Shown here in pieces: positions 40,324-49,517 of a stretch of 64,000 nucleotides of DNA (within the stretch, counting starts at the first letter, position 1; every line of letters starts with the position of its first letter). Origin of the DNA: Bdellovibrionales bacterium. Lineage in GTDB: Bacteria; Bdellovibrionota; Bdellovibrionia; Bdellovibrionales; UBA1609. The notes beneath the pieces were generated by a model that was not told where the DNA came from, did not search any database, and was given only the letters and a program-made list of their open reading frames with translations. The stretch is from the NCBI GenBank assembly GCA_965200875.1, contig OZ241456.1, positions 640,001-704,000 of the forward strand, given 5' to 3'. A program made the position numbers and the translations under genes.

Positions 40324-40830
40324 ATGTTAAAAAAAAATATCACTTTAAAAAATATGCCTACGGTTGTTGAAGAGCTGAAAGCTCTTATAAAAAAACCACA
40401 GGTGTTGTTATTGGAAGGACCTCTGGGAGTGGGGAAAACCACTTTTGTTCGTTTTTTATTGGAAGGCAACACATTGCATCGTGCTCGGAGGGCCATGAAA
40501 GCCAGCCCACAAACAAAAATACAAGTGGCTTCACCGGCTTTTGCGATTCAACATAGTTATCCTTCCTCTGATGGAGATATTTACCATATAGATCTCTATC
40601 GGTTAAAAAATGATGTTGATTTGGAATCAACAGGATTTTGGGATGTTTTTTCTGAACCGGAGACAAAGCAGATAATCATTATAGAGTGGGCGAATCGTCT
40701 TAATTCAGATTGCTTTCCGCCAGGATGGAATTATATCAGGCTGATATTTTCTTTTGGAAAAAAAGAAAATACTCGTGACATAAAGTCGGAAGTTTTTAAA
40801 CCTTGTGGTTTTTCCTTGGTGATTAAATAA
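40324..40830 (+). CDS. tsaE: t6A biosynthesis ATPase TsaE
   Basis: LEGPLGVGKTT, V.SP.F, YHIDLYRL, IIEW. Confidence 0.92.
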   Translation: MLKKNITLKNMPTVVEELKALIKKPQVLLLEGPLGVGKTTFVRFLLEGNTLHRARRAMKASPQTKIQVASPAFAIQHSYPSSDGDIYHIDLYRLKNDVDLESTGFWDVFSEPETKQIIIIEWANRLNSDCFPPGWNYIRLIFSFGKKENTRDIKSEVFKPCGFSLVIK

Positions 40831-40857
40831 AAGATGACCAAATAATCAAAAAAACTT

Positions 40858-42072
40858 TTAATGTTTTTCATTTATTTTTTTGGAGGTTGTGATAAAATTT
40901 TCAACTCCACTTTGAGTAAAAATGCTGACTTTTTCCAAAGCTCTTTCCTGAATCCTACCAAGTACCTTTTCTGTTCTGTCCAAAGAAATTTTAATATTCC
41001 CGAAGTGAAGTATTTTTTCCATATCACCAGAAAGAGCCACCCCCATAACAGCCATTGTCTGTTCAAAACTGGTAAGCTCCCGTCCTGTTAAAAGATGATG
41101 GCCTGTCAAGGCTTCATACACATCTTTCCCCAACCCCACATAAGGAGTCATACCCAAGGCTATGTCAGCGGTTGCCTCCCCTATCTGATATGCCAATTCC
41201 GCATCTGGCTTGTTTCCATTGGCATATTCTGCGTCTGCGGTCTCTATTGCCACCAAGGACAAAGTACGCGCTACCCGGCCTTGTTCATGGTAAGGGTTTG
41301 CTGTGTGAGCTTTTGAGTAAAGTTTGCGATTCTTATCCAAGAACTCTCCCTCAGGAGAAAGCAACTGATAGGGAATATCGTTTTGTTGTGGGTTTTGTGT
41401 TTCTTCTGTATTTTCGTGCTCAATGATACCTAGTTCATGTCGAGCGTATTGTGCTTGCAATATTTCATTGATAACATTTGTGACATTTTTTTTGTGATAT
41501 TCTGCGGAAGTGTTTAGATTAGTAGTTTCAACTGGTATACTCATCTCTAAAGATAGAAGAGACTCTGAGACAACTTGCTCCTCAAACTTGGAAGTGTTTT
41601 GCAACAAAGCTCTTCGGGATTCTTCAACTTGAGTATTTTGCCCCTCAGTCACCTTAGTGTAAGCTTTTTCTTCTAAAGCCAAGAGTGTTGTTTGTATGTT
41701 TTGCTCATTCCATGAAAATAGACAGATTTTGTTGTTCTTCAATCGCAAGTTGATAGCTGATGAGCGGACCTGAGATTCAATCTGACTTATGGTATTCAAT
41801 ATTTTTTTGTGTTTTTGTGTGTCGCTCAGTTTCGTGTTTGCCAGTATTTTTTCCAGATCTTGGTTTATTGTTTTCTCTATTTTGTTTGTTAAATCCTGTA
41901 CCAGATGTTGTTTTTGCTCTACGGAGCATTCAAACTGTGTGTTGTCCAGATTTGTCCTATGATTCAAAATGTTATGATGATTCAAAATATTCACAAATTT
42001 TTGTAGCTTCATTATTTCAGCTCTACAAAACTTTGGAGCCCTTCTTTCAAACCCTAACGACTTTATGGACAA
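40858..42072 (-). CDS. polymorphic toxin-like protein with a pre-toxin TG domain, apparently truncated
   Basis: DIALGMTPYVGLGKDVYEALTG.HLLTGREL matches the PT-TG pattern; only about 60 aa follow. Confidence 0.65.
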   Translation of the reverse strand: MSIKSLGFERRAPKFCRAEIMKLQKFVNILNHHNILNHRTNLDNTQFECSVEQKQHLVQDLTNKIEKTINQDLEKILANTKLSDTQKHKKILNTISQIESQVRSSAINLRLKNNKICLFSWNEQNIQTTLLALEEKAYTKVTEGQNTQVEESRRALLQNTSKFEEQVVSESLLSLEMSIPVETTNLNTSAEYHKKNVTNVINEILQAQYARHELGIIEHENTEETQNPQQNDIPYQLLSPEGEFLDKNRKLYSKAHTANPYHEQGRVARTLSLVAIETADAEYANGNKPDAELAYQIGEATADIALGMTPYVGLGKDVYEALTGHHLLTGRELTSFEQTMAVMGVALSGDMEKILHFGNIKISLDRTEKVLGRIQERALEKVSIFTQSGVENFITTSKKINEKH

Positions 42073-42604
42073 TCTCTTTTTTTACTCCCTAGTTGTGTAA
42101 AATATACATATAAAGTATAAAAGAAAATTTTAAGAATCACTACTAATAAAGGTTCACTTTGCATATTGTCAAATATTTTTTTTAACAGAGTCTTTATTTA
42201 TTTAATTTCTTAAACCTACTTCCTTTTATGAGGCTAACAGATTGAATAAAACTTTTTTCATCTCTTTTAAGATTTTAACTTTTGATTCTATATTTTTAAA
42301 AGTTTCCGGCTGATCATTCTTTGGAGAGTAGTTTTTCAAGTCAGCAAAAGTATTCATACTATAATCTGGCTTATCGGCCATTCCTGACAAGACTTTAGGG
42401 AAAGTTTAAATAAATTTAAAAAAAGGGAATCATATTTCCTTTCAAGAAGCCATTTAAAGAAGTTTATTAAAAATATGATATATAGGTTCCATTAGCGGTA
42501 AAAAATAGTTTCATTGTTGGAAATATAAGGGTCGATCCAGAAAGAGTTTTTTGATAGTCCTTTGAATCTTGTAATAATGGTGATATTGGTCTTTCCTCTA
42601 ATGT

Positions 42605-43576
42605 TTAATCACCACTCTTAAGTTTTTTAATTTCTTCTTCGGAAAGTCCTGTGCCTTTACAAAGAGCTTGCAAATCCACTCCAGTTTTAAGTAATTTTGC
42701 AATCAGCTCTTTTTGACCTTCCTGCCGACCTTGTTGCATGCCTTGTTGTATACCTTCCAGCCGGCCTTCCTGTATACCTTCCAGCCGGCCTTGTTGCATG
42801 CCTTGTTGCCTAGCTTCATCATACGAAGATTTTAATAATGGCATCATAATTCTTCCCTCCTCTTTCACTGTGGCTTGTTCAATCTCTTTTACAATATCCC
42901 AATTAAATGCTGGATCATATCGCCGTATATAATCTACTGCTCGACCGATCAATGCTTCTCGCTCACTGGAACTAAGACCCTGACCTATCGTAAAAAGCTC
43001 TTTCACTTTTGATTCATCAAGTCGCCAGATATGTTTTAAAATATACAAAATAGGACGAGTTGTCAAATCCCTGGCCTCCTTTGACACATCTAAAGACTGA
43101 ATATTCAAGACCCGCGGACGAAAATTCAACACATTGCCTGCAAATCTCTCTTTTAATTCCACCGGGAAATTATGCAGGTACTCGTGAAAATCAAGAGGCC
43201 CTGGCCATGTCTTTTGTGTACTCTGGTTAATAAGCACAGGAAGAATAGGTATTCGTGTATTTTGATAAATCCCTGCCTGATAGATTAAAAACTGTATCAT
43301 CAAATCCAGGTCGTGTTGGCTTTTATGCTCCATTAAAAATAATATTTTAGCAGGTTTTTGAGAGCTTTTAAGAAGAGCTGAAACCAAGAGGTCCATGCGT
43401 TTTTCTTTTGCGGATTTGTCAATAAAAGTTGTGGCTTCTGTTTTAAGGGTGGTCCAATCAAAAAGTTTCATTTCCTCTTTTGAGAGAACGAGGCTTAGGA
43501 TATCCACACAATACTTTGTTTGCGAGTAGACTTCTTTGAATAAATGATCATGTAAGAATTTTTTACTTTTCTGCAT
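42605..43576 (-). CDS. Rpn family recombination-promoting nuclease / putative transposase
   Basis: HDHLFK, R.DLL...EHKS PD-(D/E)XK core, (QQG/EG)n repeats, TGLS..EI tail. Confidence 0.9.
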   Translation of the reverse strand: MQKSKKFLHDHLFKEVYSQTKYCVDILSLVLSKEEMKLFDWTTLKTEATTFIDKSAKEKRMDLLVSALLKSSQKPAKILFLMEHKSQHDLDLMIQFLIYQAGIYQNTRIPILPVLINQSTQKTWPGPLDFHEYLHNFPVELKERFAGNVLNFRPRVLNIQSLDVSKEARDLTTRPILYILKHIWRLDESKVKELFTIGQGLSSSEREALIGRAVDYIRRYDPAFNWDIVKEIEQATVKEEGRIMMPLLKSSYDEARQQGMQQGRLEGIQEGRLEGIQQGMQQGRQEGQKELIAKLLKTGVDLQALCKGTGLSEEEIKKLKSGD

Positions 43577-43631
43577 AATCTTGAGAAATGGAATATAAAA
43601 AGATTTTTGTCAATAAAAAATAAGAAACTTT

Positions 43632-43985
43632 CGTGACCTAGGCTTTATCGGCTGGTTGCAAAACACTGCTATTAAATTTGTGTGCTGTGATATGCCGGAG
43701 GCGACCCGTGAAACAATCGGGTTCATGGGTGTTATGGCCAGGTGGGAGCGTGAACAAATAGCCAAGCGAACCAAAGAGGCCCTGGCTGAGAAAAAGAGAC
43801 AAGGTGTAAAGCTTGGGTATCATATCCCGGCTGTGAGACGGGGGTTACACCGGTATTGGAAAGAATATAAAAAGCAACACAAAGCTATTGTAAAAGAACA
43901 AAAGAAAAAGGCTAAGAAAGAACCACCACCCCCACCCAAGCTTACTAAGGCCCAAAGAGAGGAGGAGATATTTTTTAAGCCATGA
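43632..43985 (+). pseudogene. 5'-truncated serine recombinase (resolvase)
   Basis: FVCCDMP...A.WEREQI..RTKEALA..K..GVKLG; catalytic Y.R.S N-terminus absent. Confidence 0.75.
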
Positions 43986-44354
43986 GTGATGAAGCCCCCG
44001 ATGACGGACATAGGCTATAAAGTGCCTGCTGTTTAGAATGGAGGATAACATCATTTTGTACAAACTTAATGCGGTAACCAGTACGCGGATATGAGTTTAA
44101 AAATCCATGTTGCTCATAAATATCTCCATACCTCTAATTTTTATCATTGACAAGTTGGTCATCCATAGGAGTCTGTTTGTTCGTCAAGCCAGTAAAATCA
44201 GTGATTTGTTTGTAGATTGCACTATGCTTGGAACAATAAGTTGACAGGCATACAAGATTTGTTATGATAATATGTATTATCAGCTGTGAAAGGTGATAGG
44301 TATCAAATTGTTGGAAACTGATTTTCATTAGGAGAATATCAGAGGATAAAAATT

Positions 44355-44591
44355 ATGATTGATGAAAAACTTGTAGATAAAAATTATTCTTACTTTAAAA
44401 GTCAGTTACCTGTTTTAATGAAAGAACATTTAAATAAAATAGCTGTTGTTAAAGATCAGAAGGTTTTGAAAATATTTGATAGTGTAACAGAAGCTGATCA
44501 GTTTGTGCTTGAAAAGCAATATCCACATGGAGTTTTTCTTATTCAGGAAATCAATGATACTGTTCATTACATTTCCAGATCGGCTGAATAA
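44355..44591 (+). CDS. small hypothetical protein (DUF5678-like)
   Basis: SD gagga; NY.YF...LP.L...H..K.AV.KD.K....FD....A....FLIQEI pattern. Confidence 0.6.
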   Translation: MIDEKLVDKNYSYFKSQLPVLMKEHLNKIAVVKDQKVLKIFDSVTEADQFVLEKQYPHGVFLIQEINDTVHYISRSAE

Positions 44592-44604
44592 TGAGAAAAG
44601 ATAA

Positions 44605-45311
44605 ATGAAGTTTCAATTTAATTCCAATCAAAAATACCAGTTAGATGCTATTTTTAGTGTAACGAATTTGTTTAAAGGACAACAATCCTCAGAAGAGCAG
44701 TTTGGAATAAGCCAAGGCAAAGTGGGGAGTCTTTTAAATTCTCATTTTCTTTCCAGTGGTTATATCTCTGGGTATGGAAACACACTTACCTTAAGTACTG
44801 AGCAAATAAACAAAAACTTAAAAGAGACACAAGATAAAAACTACATTTCCTCTTCAGAAACAATAATGTCAAACGGAAAAAATTTTTCTGTAGAAATGGA
44901 GACAGGAACAGGAAAAACCTACACTTATCTAAGAACAATATTTGAATTAAATAAGCTTTATGGGTTTAAAAAAATTCTTATTGTTGTGCCTTCTATGATT
45001 ATATTTATTATGAGTCTAAAGTGGAAAAACAATTTGCTGTGGCTTTGGAGAATATGCAGAATATAAAATATTTTATTAAGTTGCCGGGGTGGTTTAAAGT
45101 CAACACCCCTGTAGGAGACTATAATCCTGATTGGGCTATTCTGAAACAAAATGGGGATATTGTGTATATGATTCGGGAAACCAAAGGGGCTTTAAAAGTA
45201 GGATCTTTAAGAGGACTGGAAAAAGACAAAATAAAATGTGGAGAAAAACATTTTAAAAGCCTTGGAGTAAATTACAAAAAATGTACTTCTGTGAAAGATG
45301 CAGATTTATGA
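44605..45311 (+). pseudogene. type III restriction enzyme Res subunit with a large internal deletion
   Basis: N-terminal YQLDAI...NFSVEMETGTGKTY.Y...IVVPS joined out of frame at about 44994 to C-terminal KLP.WFKV.TP.G.YNPDWAI...RETKG. Confidence 0.85.
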
Positions 45312-45333
45312 CTTGTGTCGACTGAATAGTTTT

Positions 45334-46338
45334 TTAAGCTGAGGTTTTGATTTGTTTTTTTGGGTTTTGTAGTATTTTTGCCAAAGGTTGTGTCCATTGT
45401 TGAATTTCATATAGATGTTTTTCCTGAATTGTTTTATCTGCTATTCCCATGTAAGCTCCTATAATATTTTTTGAGCTGTCAAATACAGGTATCATAGTGA
45501 TATGTTTGGGAAGCGTTTTGAATCCCCAAGGTTTAAAAAAATTTGTATGTTGTTCGTTTTTGACGATGTATCCATGATAAGGGCTACTGGATTTTACAAT
45601 TATGCTAAAAATAGAAGGTGTGTCTATTTTTACGGGTGTTGCAGGTCCATCTATTGATTGACTCCATTCCACAGGTTTAAATTTGTTGTTATGGAAAGAA
45701 AAAATTATTACACCTTTAAAATGTTTTTCTGAAATTTTAAAAATATCAGTGTAGTTTTCACTTTCAAAAGATTTATTTATTGAAGAGTTGGTATTTTTTT
45801 GGATAAGGGTGTTCAGTAAGTTTGTGGATTTGGTAAACCATTTGGTTTTCCCAGAAGTTACACTTGTGTTGGATGTGTTTTCTTTATAAGATTTCTGGTG
45901 GGCGATGGGATGGAGAGTATTGATATTGCTTGTGGGTTCAGCTGGAGGAAATTCCTTGATTTTATTCCAGAAAAAACTTAGTTTTTGAGGGAGAGCAAGT
46001 ACAGGAACAATATTTTTGGATTGTATTTTTTCTGGAGGTTCAATACAGCCTGTAAATAAAACAGTATCCCATTCATAAAGAGGAATGAAGCTTTCGTTCC
46101 ATTTTTCACGATATTGAACTTTATGCCAAAACTGTTGGTTAATACTGATATTTTGAAAAAAAGAATCTGTTAAGAAAGGGATATTATAATGTTGTGTGGT
46201 CCAGTCCATGTATTGGTTAGAGGTTATTTTATTGTTTTTTAAGGCCCATACGGCAAAACTATCCTTTTGACCGGATTGTTGCCATTTCCCATAATGAATA
46301 TCAGATAAGTTAAATTTTTGTTGCCATTTCTTTTCCAT
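45334..46338 (-). CDS. hypothetical protein
   Basis: 334-aa ORF with two globular regions joined by a low-complexity linker. Confidence 0.65.
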   Translation of the reverse strand: MEKKWQQKFNLSDIHYGKWQQSGQKDSFAVWALKNNKITSNQYMDWTTQHYNIPFLTDSFFQNISINQQFWHKVQYREKWNESFIPLYEWDTVLFTGCIEPPEKIQSKNIVPVLALPQKLSFFWNKIKEFPPAEPTSNINTLHPIAHQKSYKENTSNTSVTSGKTKWFTKSTNLLNTLIQKNTNSSINKSFESENYTDIFKISEKHFKGVIIFSFHNNKFKPVEWSQSIDGPATPVKIDTPSIFSIIVKSSSPYHGYIVKNEQHTNFFKPWGFKTLPKHITMIPVFDSSKNIIGAYMGIADKTIQEKHLYEIQQWTQPLAKILQNPKKQIKTSA

Positions 46339-46479
46339 TTTCTTGCCTTGAATGCTATTTACTTAAAAAAGTGTTTTTTGGCTTTTTAGTGGTGTACAAT
46401 TATAAAATCGGAAAAATAAAATATTTTCTTAAGTCTGAATATGTACTGATTTAAAAAGGCCCTGTATGATATTTTAACA

Positions 46480-47652
46480 ATGATGCGTGTTTTGTTGGAT
46501 AAAAGCCGAATTTACCTAGACTATAATGCCACTACTCCACCGGCTGAATTTCTGAGTGAGCGGATTCAGAAATGGTTGCATTTTTGGGGAAATCCCAGTT
46601 CTGTACATCAAACGGGCCAAGTCGCTCGGGCAACTTTTTGGTCTTCCAAGGTGCATTTGGCTAAATTTATGGGTTGTCACCCTTTGGAATTAATCGCTAC
46701 CAGTGGTGGCAGTGAAGCCAATAATATGGCCCTGAAGGGGTTATATAATAAGTATTTTTCCCGGGATCCCAGTAGAAATGAGATTATTATATCTGCTGTA
46801 GAACATCCCAGTGTGAAAGTGCCTGTAAAGTTTTTGGAAAAAAACGGCATGAAAATCAAATATATCCCTGTATCCGTAAAGGGAGAGCTGGACTTGTCTG
46901 CTTATAAATCCGCCCTCAGTGAAAAAACTTTTATAGTGTCCATTATGTATGCAAATAATGAAACGGGCAATTTATTTCCTATTTCCAAATTGGTTAAAAT
47001 GGCTCATGAAGTGGGTGCTTTTTTTCACTGTGACGCTGTTCAGGCTTTGGGAAAAATACATTTTGATTTGCATAAACTGGGAGTTGATACGGCCAGCTTT
47101 TCGGCTCATAAATTTTATGCTTTAAAAGGAACAGGTGTATTATATTGCAGAAAAGGTTTATTGCCGGATAATTTGATACATGGAGGGCCCCAAGAGAGAA
47201 ACCGCCGGGCCGGAACAGAAAATCTTTTGGGAATGGCCTGTTTTGGAGCTGTAGCTCAAAAGGGAGAGGAAATCATAAATTATTTTCAGCAGTTGGACAC
47301 TCTAAGGGATGAAATGGAGAAAAATATTTTGTCTTCGCTATCTTCTTCAAAAATATTGGGTGCAGAAGGGAAAAGATTAACCAACACATCCTGTATTCAT
47401 ATCCCTAATGTACAAGGTGAAACCCTTTTAATGAACATGGATTTGAAGGGATACTCCTTTAGTGTGGGTTCGGCCTGTCATTCCGGCAGTCTTAAACCCA
47501 GCGGAGTGTTAGTGGCTATGGGCTTGGGTGAAGAGTCTGCTCGCTCTGCTATTCGGATCAGCTTGGGTTTGGGTGTTCAAAGGGAATATTTGGATTGTTT
47601 TGTATCCGATCTCGTGGATTCCGTGAAACGGATTCGCTCTTTTCCCTCATGA
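46480..47652 (+). CDS. cysteine desulfurase (IscS/NifS group I)
   Basis: YLDYNATTP, GNPSS.H, SGGSEANN, HCDAVQ, SAHKFY, GSAC. Confidence 0.93.
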   Translation: MMRVLLDKSRIYLDYNATTPPAEFLSERIQKWLHFWGNPSSVHQTGQVARATFWSSKVHLAKFMGCHPLELIATSGGSEANNMALKGLYNKYFSRDPSRNEIIISAVEHPSVKVPVKFLEKNGMKIKYIPVSVKGELDLSAYKSALSEKTFIVSIMYANNETGNLFPISKLVKMAHEVGAFFHCDAVQALGKIHFDLHKLGVDTASFSAHKFYALKGTGVLYCRKGLLPDNLIHGGPQERNRRAGTENLLGMACFGAVAQKGEEIINYFQQLDTLRDEMEKNILSSLSSSKILGAEGKRLTNTSCIHIPNVQGETLLMNMDLKGYSFSVGSACHSGSLKPSGVLVAMGLGEESARSAIRISLGLGVQREYLDCFVSDLVDSVKRIRSFPS

Positions 47653-47921
47653 TTGCGTAAGGTGTTAACACACTGTTATCACTTGATTTTTTATAATTTT
47701 CTTGAAAAATAATTGCAAGGTTTTACAATAAAACCCTTTGTTTTCTTGCAAAATAAGGATTAGAGTATTACACAGTGATTTATAAGAAGGGCCGGCTTGG
47801 CAACCGTTTTGGATGGTTCTCCGTCTTTTTTTGTTTTTGGTTATTTTGTGTGCATTGCACAATTTTATTGTGAGTTTTTTATGTTATTCTAAAAAAGTTA
47901 ATAAAATAAAGGACATGTATT

Positions 47922-48143
47922 ATGCGATATGTTGGTATAACTTCCCGTGATCCATATATTAGAAAGCGGGAATGGGAAAGTCTGGGAAGGGTCCTGTTTA
48001 ATTTTCAGATTATACACTCTGGCTTGACTTATGAAGAGGCTCAAAAGATAGAAGATTCATTTAGGAGTGAAGGGTTTTTAGCTGAACCTGGAGGTCCAAA
48101 GATTCCTGAGAAGGTATATTCTGTTTATACTTTTGAGTATTAA
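47922..48143 (+). CDS. small GIY-YIG-like protein
   Basis: SD aagga; N-terminal YVGIT...R and conserved-looking EA...E helix. Confidence 0.55.
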   Translation: MRYVGITSRDPYIRKREWESLGRVLFNFQIIHSGLTYEEAQKIEDSFRSEGFLAEPGGPKIPEKVYSVYTFEY

Positions 48144-48227
48144 GTAAAAATAGGTAAGTTTATGCTAGATTTTATTATCTTGGACATTCAACGAAAGCTA
48201 ATCATGGTGAAAAGAATATCTTTATTG

Positions 48228-49097
48228 TCATCTGCGACGCGACCGGCGACGAGTTGAAGAAGAAGAAGAAGAGCGTCTTCTATCTGAAGAACGGCCACTC
48301 TTGCGTCTCCTGCTAGAGTCCCTTCTGGAAGAAGAGCGACTTTCTCGACTTTCCTCTTGTTTTCTTTTTTTCTTTTTAAAAAGCATATATAAAACAGTAG
48401 TGGCCATCAGTCCCAGTCCACCTAGAACTTCTGGTTTCTTTAAAAGATCGAGTAAACCGGCAAGGCCACCTTTGCCTTTTGAACCATCTTCACCCATTCC
48501 ACCTAATTCCTCATCCGCATCTATAAGATCCTGAATATGGTCCTGTAACCCACCCATTCCCATTGAACCTCTTTGCTTGGAGGCAAATGCAGGAGAGACA
48601 TTCATCACCCTTAAACTGTTAATGGAAGCGGCAAAATCCGATGCGTATTTTTTATAATGATTTTTATGAGCACTATAAGTAACCAAAATCGCCAAAGAGC
48701 CCTTAATTGTAACCAGATAACGTGTATAATATGCCGGAACTTCTGAACCTTGATGAAAACCATCCACCCACATATGCTGGTTGATCTGTCTTTGTTTCGC
48801 GTGAAACACTTTGGACGAAAAATTTCCCCCTTTTGCTTTCTTAACAGTACGAGGGGTTTTCAAATGATTAATATATTGAGCTAAGCTATCTGGAGGTCCT
48901 TTTTGTTTAGCCGTTAAAATAATCATGGCTTCAGAGGCTTTTTTGCGATTCAGCTTATTTGTACAAATCCATTCTGTTCCTTCTGGATGACAATGCCAAT
49001 TATTTAACAGATCAAAACTGACATAACTGGTTGCAAATTTCTTCGCGAAAGAAGAAACAGAAAAAACAATCAAAAAAATGAATAATATGCGTTTCAT
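48228..49097 (-). CDS. exported single-pass membrane protein with an Arg/Ser-rich tail
   Basis: Signal peptide, TM helix VLGGLGLMATTVLYMLF, then KKKKRK and an RS-rich C-terminus. Confidence 0.75.
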   Translation of the reverse strand: MKRILFIFLIVFSVSSFAKKFATSYVSFDLLNNWHCHPEGTEWICTNKLNRKKASEAMIILTAKQKGPPDSLAQYINHLKTPRTVKKAKGGNFSSKVFHAKQRQINQHMWVDGFHQGSEVPAYYTRYLVTIKGSLAILVTYSAHKNHYKKYASDFAASINSLRVMNVSPAFASKQRGSMGMGGLQDHIQDLIDADEELGGMGEDGSKGKGGLAGLLDLLKKPEVLGGLGLMATTVLYMLFKKKKRKQEESRESRSSSRRDSSRRRKSGRSSDRRRSSSSSSTRRRSRRR

Positions 49098-49146
49098 TAC
49101 AGTTTATTATATCGGAAATAATGAAAAATTTTATAATTTTTTATTA

Positions 49147-49290
49147 TGAGTTTACTAATCTTTTGTAGCAAAAAAAGTGAGTTTACTAATCTTTTGTAGC
49201 AAAAAAAGTGAGTTTACTAATCTTTTGTAGCAAAAAAAGTGAGTTTACTAATCTTTTGTAGCAAAAAAAGTGAGTTTACTAATCTTTTGT
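49147..49290. repeat. 31-bp perfect tandem repeat, 4 full copies plus 20 bp
   Basis: tgagtttactaatcttttgtagcaaaaaaag starts at 49147, 49178, 49209, 49240 and 49271 (partial). Confidence 0.95.
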
Positions 49291-49517
49291 TAATCAAAAA
49301 AAATAGCAATTTTTTGACTTTATCAGGAAGAATCAATAGACTGATCTTCAAAAGACAGCAGTTTTTTCATTTTTTAAGGAGATTCATATTGGCTGTTTAG
49401 ACTTGACACTGCACATAAAATTTTAAAATCAAACAAATCAAACCCGCAGATCAGCCTGAAAAAACAAACTTTATAAAATTCATTTAAGACTAAAATGCTA
49501 AAAAATGTAAGGCTATT

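Noticed and set aside
49147..49290. CRISPR array
   Set aside because: Units are head-to-tail identical with no spacers and no CRISPR-like repeat ends.
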